Source: a virus (taxonomy: Duplodnaviria > Caudoviricetes). From it: a DNA stretch of 37,949 nucleotides. Below are positions 9,614 to 18,475 of this stretch, piece after piece. Positions within the stretch are counted from its first letter, which is position 1; the number at the start of each line of letters is the position of its first letter. A model generated the notes under the pieces. The model was not told where the DNA came from, ran no database searches, and saw nothing but the letters and a program-made list of their open reading frames with translations. The position numbers were made by a program, and so were the translations under genes. Where the stretch lies: IMG/VR virus record IMGVR_UViG_3300044698_000081, positions 1-37,949 of that record; one strand, 5' to 3'.

Positions 9614-9614
9614 G

Positions 9615-9758
9615 TCAAACCTTCTTCTCTACTTTGTGTTGGTCGATCAACCATTTGGCCGGTACACCCGGGTACGGTTCGCCCGGTTCGACCCGGGTGC
9701 CGTCCTTGAGGGTGAGACCAACGACGGCGACGAACAAGAACTTTGGTTTGGTTGCCAT
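9615..9758 (-). CDS. Small hypothetical virion-module protein
   Basis: MATKPKFLFVAVVG...WLIDQHKVE; AGGAG RBS. Confidence 0.55.
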   Translation of the reverse strand: MATKPKFLFVAVVGLTLKDGTRVEPGEPYPGVPAKWLIDQHKVEKKV

Positions 9759-9765
9759 GGTGCTC

Positions 9766-10206
9766 CTACAGGTGGGCTTGCACGTTGATGTTGAACACGA
9801 CGACACCGGCGACCCAGCCGTCGTCGAACCATTGCACGTTCGTTTCGTACGTTCGGATTTCGGCGTCGAACACGGTGCCCGTGACGGACGGCGAACCGGT
9901 CAACGCTGACTCAACGGAAGCGAACACGACCAGGGCGCGGGTCTCGACCGTGGAGGCGTCTACCGCGTTGGAACCGGGGCGGGGAATCCAAATCGTCCCC
10001 TCAACGTCGTAGGTTTCTTCCCGCATCGTGTAGGTCATGTCTTCTTGGGTGGCTTCTACCCCACCCAACATGAGGTGGTCTTGGCGGGTCATGTTGGGGA
10101 TCTGCCATGCACTAACGGTGACTCCGGTTACCGCGTCTGTGGTGAGCCGCGCTTCGATTAGCGACACGAGCGCCGACCGCAAAGCCGAGATGGTGCTGGT
10201 GGCCAT
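9766..10206 (-). CDS. Tail terminator / completion protein
   Basis: Position; LRSALVSLI start; REETYDV and VESALTGSPSVTGTV pattern. Confidence 0.65.
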   Translation of the reverse strand: MATSTISALRSALVSLIEARLTTDAVTGVTVSAWQIPNMTRQDHLMLGGVEATQEDMTYTMREETYDVEGTIWIPRPGSNAVDASTVETRALVVFASVESALTGSPSVTGTVFDAEIRTYETNVQWFDDGWVAGVVVFNINVQAHL

Positions 10207-11114
10207 TAGGCGAACCCGACGTTGAGACGGTTAGCGGCTAACCATTCGTTGACTTCTGGGATGCGGGTCGGGTTTCTCATCGGCCCCCCCTCAGTCACAT
10301 ATCGGGTTGACCCGTAGTCACCCGACGTTGACAGGGCGTTGTATGGGATCGCCGACGGTACAAGTCGTTGTACGGTGAGCATGAGAGCTTGACGGTCTAC
10401 CCCTTTGATTGGGGCGTCCAGCCCGTATTCGTATTCGATGATCACGTTATGCAAAGCGGACGACGGACCGGTCCAGCCTGCCGTCAAGTAGAGGATGCCC
10501 GTGTCGTTGTCGAACTCGATGTCCGCTGTGGCAATTGTGGTTCCGTCAATGGTGCAAGACAGGATGGTGCGGATGTCGCGGACGAAACCGGGTCCACCGT
10601 GGGTTCGTACGCCGTTTGATAGCATGAGGGTTGGCCGGCCGTTGCCTGCTGCTTTCACCCGGGCGTACCGTGGGATCCAGGAGCGGCCGGTCCATTCTTC
10701 GAACTGTTCGGTTACCCGGTCGCGTTCGGCGCCGATTATGTTGTCGGTGTATTCGGTTGCGGACGCCAACGGGATCAGGGCGCTGGTGGCGTCGGCTTTC
10801 GCGGCGAACGTGCGTGCTTGTGTTTCGGTGTACAAGAACCCGCCGACCACCTCATACGTGTTGGTTAGGGTGGTCGGTTGGGTGGATACGTCACCGACCA
10901 GAGAAACAATGATGTGTTTGAGTGCGGCCTGGGCGGCGATCACAATGTTGTACGTGCCGGCAGAAGGGTTCGATAGGGCACCCAGGGTCACGGTGGTGCC
11001 GGTGGCGTCTACCGCTGTGTGGGTTGGGGTTGCGTCGAAGTTGGTGAGTGTCCCATCCTGGTACACGAAGAATTGTGCGGTGGCTGGGGTGGATCTCAGG
11101 ATTGGTGTGGTCAT
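10206..11114 (-). CDS. Head-to-tail adaptor with N-terminal beta-rich extension
   Basis: FEEWTGRSWIPR, NVIIEYEYG, adaptor-like motifs. Confidence 0.7.
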   Translation of the reverse strand: MTTPILRSTPATAQFFVYQDGTLTNFDATPTHTAVDATGTTVTLGALSNPSAGTYNIVIAAQAALKHIIVSLVGDVSTQPTTLTNTYEVVGGFLYTETQARTFAAKADATSALIPLASATEYTDNIIGAERDRVTEQFEEWTGRSWIPRYARVKAAGNGRPTLMLSNGVRTHGGPGFVRDIRTILSCTIDGTTIATADIEFDNDTGILYLTAGWTGPSSALHNVIIEYEYGLDAPIKGVDRQALMLTVQRLVPSAIPYNALSTSGDYGSTRYVTEGGPMRNPTRIPEVNEWLAANRLNVGFA

Positions 11115-13282
11115 CCGTGGGTGATCCTTCCGCTAGATGACGCTGACGTTTCGAGTAGTCCGGTGGTGGACGCTGACGTTTCGTACCGGTAGCCGAGCGT
11201 GGTTCCCCCACCGGTCGTCACGGTTGGGGTTGGGATTCCTGCGGTGACAGTGACAGTGGTCGCGTCTTTTTCGACGGTTGCGGTGACAGTCGAAGCCGGA
11301 ATGGCTGCGACGACGTTTACCGTTGTGACCGTTATCTCCACGGAACCCGTGACAGATGGTTGCGTAACTGCTGCCACACCCGGGACTGTGACCGCGGTTT
11401 GTTCAACGGACGCAGAGAGCGAGGGTTGTGGGACCGAACCCAAAGCACCAACCGGCGCCGGGTTGGATGTCGCCGACCCACCCGCGGTCACTGTCGGCGT
11501 CGGAATGACTACGGGGGCGTCAACAGCCGTGACCGGTTTCTCGACGGATGCCGTAACCGACGCTTGTGGAACTGCTGCTACGGCTGGAACTGTGACCGCT
11601 GTTTGTTCAACGGTCGCGCTCGGCGAGGGTTGTGGGATCGAACCTGTCGTATCGACTGCTGCCGGGGTTGCGGCACCACCCGCGGTCACAGTAGGAGTGG
11701 GGAGTCCTGTTAGGGAGTCCACCGCCGTGACCGGCAGCTCGACCGTGGCGGTAACCGTGGGTGTCGGTACGGCCGTCGAGGCGTCCACCGTTGCGGGGGT
11801 TACGGCCGTCCCACCCGTAACAGTCGGTTGCGGTATTCCTGCCGGGACAGGCACCGTGGTGGCCGGTTTCTCCACGGATGCGGTGACAGTCGCAGTCGGT
11901 GCGGCTGTTACGGTTCCGACGGTGCCCGGGGTTGCTGTGGCGTCACCGCTAGCAGCCACAGCGTCGTAGATAGCCTGCAAATCGGTTTCGGTCAGCTCAG
12001 CCTTGTAAACGGCGATCCGAGAAACCACCCATTGGCCGAAAACCGTGTGAACCTGGTTGGCTCCGAACCCCCAGCATTCCCAGCCCATTTGGTCGGTGGT
12101 GGCGTCGGACCCGGCCAACGTGACGTCACCGGCCTCGTCCATGTACAGGCGCATCCCGGCGGTCGTTCCGGCGGTGGCCGCCCAAAACCGCCACACGTCC
12201 GTTTCGGAGGCGTCATGCTGAATGTCCGAGGCGGTCAGACCGGCGTTCAGATAGTGCAGGTCGTGTTTGCGACCGGACCCGAGGTCCCGCATTTCGAAGG
12301 TGTGGCCGCCCTCCACCGTCCCCGACGCCAAAGTGATCCACTGGTTTTCGCCGTGGGTCTGAGCAGCATCCCCGGTTTTGGCCCACACCACGACGGTGCC
12401 CGGACCCTCATACAGGGGCAGAATGTTGTTGCTGCTGGCGCCTCCGGCCCGCATCGAGTCGTCCACCCCGTCGACCGAGACGGCTTTCCACCCGGTGTGC
12501 GGGCCGGTCTGGTCATAGGTGGGGGCACCAGCCCTGGTTTCCATGTCGGCAGTCAACGCCTGGTCGACCAGTGGGGTGACGGTTTCTTCCATCCGGTAGT
12601 AGCCGACCAGGGCGGGTGAGGCGTCACGGATGGCTGTGTCGTAGGCGTCCACCACCGGAATCGGCAAATCATGTGATACCCGGAACCAGGGTCGGGCCGA
12701 GTTTCCGCCGGTTGTTTCGTCCTCAGGCAAATCCGTGTGGGTGAACGTGTCACCGAGTTTGAACGTGCCGGTCCGTGACGTCGCAGAAGTGTTGTGAGCG
12801 TGGTAGCCGAACTCGACGACCAGGTAGTGGTCGACGGTCACATTCTCGGATGCGAGAGTGGCGGCTCCACCGCGAGGGAACTGCCGGTTTACACCCGCCG
12901 CGGTCGTGGCGAATTCGTTGGCCTCAGCCCCGGTGTCGAACCCCAACAGTTCGGCAATGATGGTTCCGGACGTGTTGGCGGCCCGCACCGCCACCTGTGA
13001 TCTAAAGTTGGCTGCCGCGTTGGATTCTTTGACGGCGACCTGACCCAAAAACGTGGCGGCGGTGTAGTCATGTGGGCCGAACGGTCCCATCACATACTGG
13101 GCGATCAGGACGTCCACTTCGGTGGCGGACGTTTCGGCCACACCGAACTCGGTTAGGGTCGAGTTGGCGTACCCGCGTCGGGCAGGCCTCCGTACCGCAC
13201 TAGCGGTGTCGGACCAGGAGGAGTGAAACGCCGGGCTGATCGCCGGGGTGCCGGTCGATGACAGATACCCGACTGTCGACAT
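11111..13282 (-). CDS. LamG/ConA-like domain virion fibre protein with Pro/Thr/Val repeats
   Basis: YDTAIRDASPALVGYYRMEE, TVVVWAK, WRFWAAT, MRLYMD, IAVYKAELTETDLQAIY; about 11 ~22-aa repeats at the C-terminus. Confidence 0.75.
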   Translation of the reverse strand: MSTVGYLSSTGTPAISPAFHSSWSDTASAVRRPARRGYANSTLTEFGVAETSATEVDVLIAQYVMGPFGPHDYTAATFLGQVAVKESNAAANFRSQVAVRAANTSGTIIAELLGFDTGAEANEFATTAAGVNRQFPRGGAATLASENVTVDHYLVVEFGYHAHNTSATSRTGTFKLGDTFTHTDLPEDETTGGNSARPWFRVSHDLPIPVVDAYDTAIRDASPALVGYYRMEETVTPLVDQALTADMETRAGAPTYDQTGPHTGWKAVSVDGVDDSMRAGGASSNNILPLYEGPGTVVVWAKTGDAAQTHGENQWITLASGTVEGGHTFEMRDLGSGRKHDLHYLNAGLTASDIQHDASETDVWRFWAATAGTTAGMRLYMDEAGDVTLAGSDATTDQMGWECWGFGANQVHTVFGQWVVSRIAVYKAELTETDLQAIYDAVAASGDATATPGTVGTVTAAPTATVTASVEKPATTVPVPAGIPQPTVTGGTAVTPATVDASTAVPTPTVTATVELPVTAVDSLTGLPTPTVTAGGAATPAAVDTTGSIPQPSPSATVEQTAVTVPAVAAVPQASVTASVEKPVTAVDAPVVIPTPTVTAGGSATSNPAPVGALGSVPQPSLSASVEQTAVTVPGVAAVTQPSVTGSVEITVTTVNVVAAIPASTVTATVEKDATTVTVTAGIPTPTVTTGGGTTLGYRYETSASTTGLLETSASSSGRITHG

Positions 13283-13292
13283 CGGCTACCTC

Positions 13293-13811
13293 CTAAGAGT
13301 CGACAGTGAACGGGCAGACACTCGTGAACGTGTTCCCTGTGACTGATCCGATGACCTGCACGAAGATTTCAGCCGGGCCGTCCAACGGTCGGTACGTGTT
13401 CGACTGGGATGCTTCCATCGCAACGGTGGGCGCCGGCGTGTTTTGGTTTCTCCACAACGCATCCCACAACAACACCACCCGCGGGTTGCCCTGATTATCA
13501 ACCGACCCTTGCGGATCTCCACCTTTCACGACTATCCGTACTGACCAATGCTCCCCGTTGACACCCTTCCATTCAGGAGCCGGGTCCAAAACGACGATGG
13601 GTTCGATCCGGATCGACGAGAACGTCACGATGTCCGTGCCGTCACATGCCAATCTCGTCGTCTGAAACTCAGGATATTTGTACACCCTCAAATCCAGTCC
13701 GACAACAGGCCGGTTTGGGTCGGCGTGAGCGTCCACAGGCGCAAGACCACTACCAAACGCGACCACAGCAACTAACCCCGCTATAACCAAGGACAGCAAT
13801 CGCATCATCAA
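13293..13811 (-). CDS. Hypothetical exported protein (signal peptide)
   Basis: MRLLSLVIAGLVAVVAFGSGLAPVDA-HAD; overlaps upstream stop. Confidence 0.6.
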   Translation of the reverse strand: MMMRLLSLVIAGLVAVVAFGSGLAPVDAHADPNRPVVGLDLRVYKYPEFQTTRLACDGTDIVTFSSIRIEPIVVLDPAPEWKGVNGEHWSVRIVVKGGDPQGSVDNQGNPRVVLLWDALWRNQNTPAPTVAMEASQSNTYRPLDGPAEIFVQVIGSVTGNTFTSVCPFTVDS

Positions 13812-14257
13812 GGGGTCAAGTCGATATTAAATATTGCACCGGAACCGGCGGCTGCCCATTGGACGGTCAACGTTCCTGAGGTGGTGGACACCGCGGTCAC
13901 GAAATCGGAGAGGACAATCAGGTTGTTCCCGACCAGGGCGTCAGCGTAGATGATCGCTGCCATCGCGTTGGCGATGGTCGAACCGGCCCACGCCGCGTCG
14001 GCAGCGTCAAACACGGCCGACCCGGCAACAGCTTCGGTGAACACTGTTGTGGTCAACAGTTCCCCACCGGCCGTGTAGCCGGTGCCCGACGCTTCGGACG
14101 TTGCCGAATACGACACGTCCGTGGAGAAGTTCGGGGTGAGCGCGTCCAAGTACAGGGCGACCCGGTGCGTTTCCAGATCGAGGTCGATAGCGAGTTGGGT
14201 GGTATCGAACACGTCGATAATGTTCGACACGTAGAGTCCTGACGCGGTTATGGCCAT
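13808..14257 (-). CDS. Virion structural protein (head/neck fibre associated)
   Basis: IDLDLETHRVALY, EASGTGYTAGG, FDAADAAW, SGTLTVQW pattern; located in head module. Confidence 0.65.
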   Translation of the reverse strand: MAITASGLYVSNIIDVFDTTQLAIDLDLETHRVALYLDALTPNFSTDVSYSATSEASGTGYTAGGELLTTTVFTEAVAGSAVFDAADAAWAGSTIANAMAAIIYADALVGNNLIVLSDFVTAVSTTSGTLTVQWAAAGSGAIFNIDLTP

Positions 14258-14259
14258 GG

Positions 14260-14496
14260 TTAGTTCACCTCGATCGATAGAGCCACGGAGCCGGGTGCTG
14301 CGGAGGCGTCACCCGGACCGGCCGGGCTCGTCCGGTAGTTGGTCCGCCAGTTGTCACGGGCGCCAACCAGGACCGCTCGCGCTTTGACGAATTTGGGTTT
14401 GCTGCCGGGGTCGGCCTGGTAGGCGTCTTTGGCCGTCAAGTAGTCGGCTTCAGCTTTCGCCAAGGCCAGTTGGGCTTCGGCTTTTTCAACATTCAT
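14260..14496 (-). CDS. Hypothetical protein
   Basis: Coupled start, GAGG RBS. Confidence 0.6.
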   Translation of the reverse strand: MNVEKAEAQLALAKAEADYLTAKDAYQADPGSKPKFVKARAVLVGARDNWRTNYRTSPAGPGDASAAPGSVALSIEVN

Positions 14497-14753
14497 GCTC
14501 GCTTCCTCATTTCGGAGAGTTTGCCCGTCACCGGACGGACGTTTGCTTTGGCGTCAACCCGACCGTCGAACCATTCCCGATGCTTCACGGTCCCTTTCGA
14601 CGACACCTGCCCGGATTTGGCAACCCCTTCAACGGTTATCCGGTTTCGGTCCTGCAACGGGATCACGGACGGACGGGCACGAATCCGGGAATGTGATCCG
14701 CATTCGTTGAACGCGCCGGCGACCCATCGACCGCCACAAAAATGTTCAGACAC
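14493..14753 (-). CDS. Hypothetical protein
   Basis: Fills gap in operon; ATGA overlap with next gene. Confidence 0.5.
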   Translation of the reverse strand: MSEHFCGGRWVAGAFNECGSHSRIRARPSVIPLQDRNRITVEGVAKSGQVSSKGTVKHREWFDGRVDAKANVRPVTGKLSEMRKRA

Positions 14754-14795
14754 GACGATCAGACCAGTTGTCCTGGATCACTTTCACGTCGGCCA

Positions 14796-14993
14796 TCATC
14801 TGGTTCGTTTCTCACCGGCCGGTACAGCCGTAGCTTTCTCAACCGGTTTCTTCTCGGCGGGTGCTTCAACGGCGAACCCTGCCCCGATCAGTTGGGTGGC
14901 TTCGTCGTCGGACACGTCACAAACACCACCAACGGGTGGCCACTCGATACCGTCTCGGGTTCCTGAAATGTTGCCTTTCATAACGATCCGCAT
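14796..14993 (-). CDS. Small head-module protein
   Basis: MRIVM...DVSDDEATQLIGAGFA; typical small gene after major capsid. Confidence 0.6.
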   Translation of the reverse strand: MRIVMKGNISGTRDGIEWPPVGGVCDVSDDEATQLIGAGFAVEAPAEKKPVEKATAVPAGEKRTR

Positions 14994-15015
14994 ACGGGAT
15001 CCTTTCAATCGGGGT

Positions 15016-15060
15016 TGTGGGGTGAGGTCCTCGAAGGGAGAAAAAGGACCTCACCCCACA
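15016..15060. terminator. 16-bp perfect hairpin downstream of major capsid gene
   Basis: TGTGGGGTGAGGTCCT / AGGACCTCACCCCACA, 13-nt loop, no U-tract. Confidence 0.6.
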
Positions 15061-15105
15061 GGGGGGGTAGGGAACAGTTACCTGTTCATGGTTGATACGT
15101 CAGGG

Positions 15106-16311
15106 TTAAGTCGCTCCACCCACGAAATGTTTGACAGCCCCGGTCTGATCGACAAGGTCACCGTCGGTGCGCAGCATGAACCGGTACGTGACCAGCCCAG
15201 CGTTGAACGCGAAATCGGCGGACCTGTCAACGTCGACACCGGCAACATCCCGAATGAAATACTTCGAAATGTCACCGAACACAACCGACTTGGCTGTCGT
15301 CGCGGTAGCGACCACGTTCGGATCTGAGAAGATCGGACGACCCAACAAAGTGTCGGGACGGTCAATCTGCAAACCCGGCTGCCACAGGTAGTTGTTGTCG
15401 GAGCCCTTCAACTTGCGGGCGGTCGCGATCGACGAATCACGCATCAGCCACGAACCGTTCGAACGGTACGGGTCGATAACCGAGTAGTACAGGTCGATCA
15501 GGTTGTCAGCGGTGAACACACCGGCCACCGCAGTGGCCCCGGTCACACCCAGCGTGGAACGGGGCACAACACCCCAAGGTGCCGTTGTACCGCCACCAAC
15601 CACAAAGTCAGCACCGGAACCGTTACCGAGGGCTTCGCCACCGATACGGGCCAAATAGCCGAGCAGGTCCACACCCGAATCCTTTTCGAGCTCAACACTG
15701 ACCTGTGTGATGAACGCGTATTTGAACGCACCCAACGTGGTCTGAGCGAAAACCGTGTTCGATTCGGTGATGGCCACACCTTCAGCGACAATGATCGCCG
15801 TCGGATGCGTGGTCGTTTTCGGAATCTGAATTGACTCACCGGCAGCCGTAGTCAACACGGTCACGTTCGTCCTGCGGATAGCCGAGTTCTGGATCATGTG
15901 TTCCTGCAACACGCCGTAGAACGACGTTGGGACAGTGAACCCACCCTGCGAATCGGTGCCGACGGTCAGATCACGTTTCTCGAACCGGACCGACCGGCGC
16001 TTCCCATCGACCAACTCCCGCAACAGGGTCTCGTCAGAGGTGGGGTCGCCGCCACCGGCACGTACCGGACCGCCCTGAGGGGCAGGCTGATACTGGGCGC
16101 GCATTTCGTCGGCAGCCTTGTTCGACTGTTCACGCTTATGCAGGTCGGTGATACGGGCATCAAGACCGTCAAGGTCCAAGTTGATAGCGTCCCACTGGTC
16201 CTGTTCGGGGCCGTCAAGGTCGCGGCCTTCTGTTTCTGCGTTGTCGAGAAGCGCTTTGGCCTGTTCCCAGGCGTGACCGCGTTTCTCAACCAACTGGTTG
16301 ATAAGTGACAT
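15106..16311 (-). CDS. Major capsid protein, HK97 fold with N-terminal delta domain
   Basis: GGFTVPTSF, VAEG, LKGSDNNYLWQPG, TLLGRPI, FGD motifs; AGGAG RBS. Confidence 0.95.
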   Translation of the reverse strand: MSLINQLVEKRGHAWEQAKALLDNAETEGRDLDGPEQDQWDAINLDLDGLDARITDLHKREQSNKAADEMRAQYQPAPQGGPVRAGGGDPTSDETLLRELVDGKRRSVRFEKRDLTVGTDSQGGFTVPTSFYGVLQEHMIQNSAIRRTNVTVLTTAAGESIQIPKTTTHPTAIIVAEGVAITESNTVFAQTTLGAFKYAFITQVSVELEKDSGVDLLGYLARIGGEALGNGSGADFVVGGGTTAPWGVVPRSTLGVTGATAVAGVFTADNLIDLYYSVIDPYRSNGSWLMRDSSIATARKLKGSDNNYLWQPGLQIDRPDTLLGRPIFSDPNVVATATTAKSVVFGDISKYFIRDVAGVDVDRSADFAFNAGLVTYRFMLRTDGDLVDQTGAVKHFVGGAT

Positions 16312-16340
16312 TTGGTTGTTCTCCTATTGGGGGGTGTCGC

Positions 16341-17156
16341 TCAGGACGCTTTCATGGCGAGACGGCGACGACGGAGAGCAATGCTTGGGTGTGTCCGTGA
16401 CTGTGACTCGTCGGCGACAGCGGACGGGTCGGCAGTGCCGGGTACGGCGTTACATGCTCGAGCTTGTAAATCAGGGTTGCGGGCAAAAAGTTCGCGGATG
16501 CGCGGTTCGGCACGGTCCGGGTCAGACAAGATTTCGAATGCGACTTCGGCACGACGTGTGTCGTTGGTGACACCCGCCGCCCTTAGCACACCATCCAACG
16601 TCCGGGCCGCCGACGTGGTTTGAGGAAACGCGGGGAACACGACCGGCCCAACCTCGAACAGGCGCGCTTGAAGAATCTGACGGAGCGGCCGTTCCAACCC
16701 GTTGCTGTCGGTCGGTTCGGTCCATCGTTCTTTGATAACCCGAAACCACACTGACGAACCAGAAATGTCACCGCGGGCAACACGGGCGTGAACCGTCATG
16801 GCGTTCGGGTCGTCCGGGTTGATGTCGATTTCGTAGTGGAGACCATCAGCCGTGTCGGTCAACCGCAACGACCCGGACGTGGTACGCCCTAACAGCCAGT
16901 TCGTGTCATGGTTCATCATCGAACGGATGTCACCCGTTTTGATGGTTTCGGTCCAGGCGCCCGCCACAACTTCTTCGTCCCAGTCGGAAAAGAACCCGGG
17001 GATGGTGGTCGTCTGCCCGTAGACGGATCCGAGACCGGCAACAATCGGGCCGGTCTGGTCGGTCGCAGCACGGGCTTCGGTACGGTCCGCGGCGACGGTC
17101 CGCTGTTCGAGGCCGCCTGGACCTAACTCGCGTTCGAAACCTTCCGGTATGTTCAT
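16341..17156 (-). CDS. HK97-type prohead protease
   Basis: NHDTNWLLGRT, RGDISGSS, LFEVGPVVFPAF. Confidence 0.92.
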   Translation of the reverse strand: MNIPEGFERELGPGGLEQRTVAADRTEARAATDQTGPIVAGLGSVYGQTTTIPGFFSDWDEEVVAGAWTETIKTGDIRSMMNHDTNWLLGRTTSGSLRLTDTADGLHYEIDINPDDPNAMTVHARVARGDISGSSVWFRVIKERWTEPTDSNGLERPLRQILQARLFEVGPVVFPAFPQTTSAARTLDGVLRAAGVTNDTRRAEVAFEILSDPDRAEPRIRELFARNPDLQARACNAVPGTADPSAVADESQSRTHPSIALRRRRLAMKAS

Positions 17157-17159
17157 CAG

Positions 17160-18338
17160 TTATTCTCCTGAGTCTTGAGGGCTGGGGGTCGACCGGTATG
17201 GGGGCCACAGGAACAAGTCGCCACCATCGATAGGCGCTTCGTCTTCGAGGGCCCGCACTTCGTTGACAGACGACTTGCCCATGCGGATCGCCAGGCCGTG
17301 GACTTCGTGACGGGTTTTGATGTCGGTACGTAACAGGGCACCCGTGTTGAACCGGGCGAACACACCAGGCGGAAGATTCGCGGTCCACCAGTCTTCGAAC
17401 ATGGTCAACCAGGGGGTGATCGAGTACGCCAAAAAGTCGAGTGCTCGCTGGTCACGGTTCGCGTAAGTAACCGACGATCCGGCGGTGGCCAACCCAACCA
17501 TTTCGGGTTGGACACCGAACGCCTGACAGATTTCTATGCCCAGCCGGTTCCACGTTTCGACCATTTGAGAATCCGACGGTGTCGATTGCACCTGATCGAA
17601 CTTCCAGCCGCCACCCATCACGACTGGTTCGCGGCCCCTTAGTGCTTCCATGAACCGTTGTTTGACGGTCCGTGTTTTTGTTCCGTCAGTGTCTTGTAGG
17701 TCCTGGTCGGTGGTGAGCATCCCCGACGGGTGCGCCCCATCACCGAACCATTGGGCGGCGAACGTGCGGGCCGCCAACGCGGTGCCAACCAGTTCTTTGT
17801 GAACGTCCAAAGGCGACATGCCCTGCGCGGTGCCGGGTGTCGCGTACCGTCGCAAATGATGTATGCGGGCCGGGTCGACAGGCCTTCCGGCTACCAGATA
17901 GTCGGGACGTACGAGACTGGACGACTGTCTGACGGTCACCGTGTTCGGCGACAAGATTTCGACGTGGTCGGGAAAACCGTTCGATCCCTGGTCCATTTCG
18001 AGGCCGTAAATGTTGCCCCACAGCCCAGCCGAAATAACCGCCTGGAACACCCACTCTCGGCGTGTGAACACATGCGACGGGGACGTGACCAGTTGAGGTT
18101 CGGGAGTGTGCGGGACCCTGACCCGATCCTTTTTCGTGTACGTGTCGACCGGCAACGACGACAACAAGTCGCCGATCAGAGTGAGGCACCGCCACACGAC
18201 AGCCACACCGATAGCTGTGTCGGCGGTGACTAACTGACCGGCCCGAGTGTTACCAGACGATGGGGCCGGTCCACCCTGCAACCAGGTTGCCCACGGCACC
18301 GACGTGCCAGCCCGCCGTTCAGGTCGTAGGAGGCTCAT
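17160..18338 (-). CDS. Portal protein (HK97 family)
   Basis: LWGNIY, GMSPL, ICQAFGVQP, SVNEVRALED..PIDGGD. Confidence 0.95.
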   Translation of the reverse strand: MSLLRPERRAGTSVPWATWLQGGPAPSSGNTRAGQLVTADTAIGVAVVWRCLTLIGDLLSSLPVDTYTKKDRVRVPHTPEPQLVTSPSHVFTRREWVFQAVISAGLWGNIYGLEMDQGSNGFPDHVEILSPNTVTVRQSSSLVRPDYLVAGRPVDPARIHHLRRYATPGTAQGMSPLDVHKELVGTALAARTFAAQWFGDGAHPSGMLTTDQDLQDTDGTKTRTVKQRFMEALRGREPVVMGGGWKFDQVQSTPSDSQMVETWNRLGIEICQAFGVQPEMVGLATAGSSVTYANRDQRALDFLAYSITPWLTMFEDWWTANLPPGVFARFNTGALLRTDIKTRHEVHGLAIRMGKSSVNEVRALEDEAPIDGGDLFLWPPYRSTPSPQDSGE

Positions 18339-18475
18339 CGGTCTACCAGCTCACCAACAACAAGCAGGACCACACCTGCGCCAGCGAGCCCTGCCGTGCC
18401 GAACCATATGACGGCTGCTACGACGATCAGAGCAAGCCCGATTAGCTGCAAAAGTTCTGCCACGGTTCTCCTCAC
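18335..18475 (-). CDS. Small membrane protein between terminase and portal
   Basis: Two hydrophobic segments; GTGA and ATGA overlaps at the ends. Confidence 0.55.
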   Translation of the reverse strand: MRRTVAELLQLIGLALIVVAAVIWFGTAGLAGAGVVLLVVGELVDR

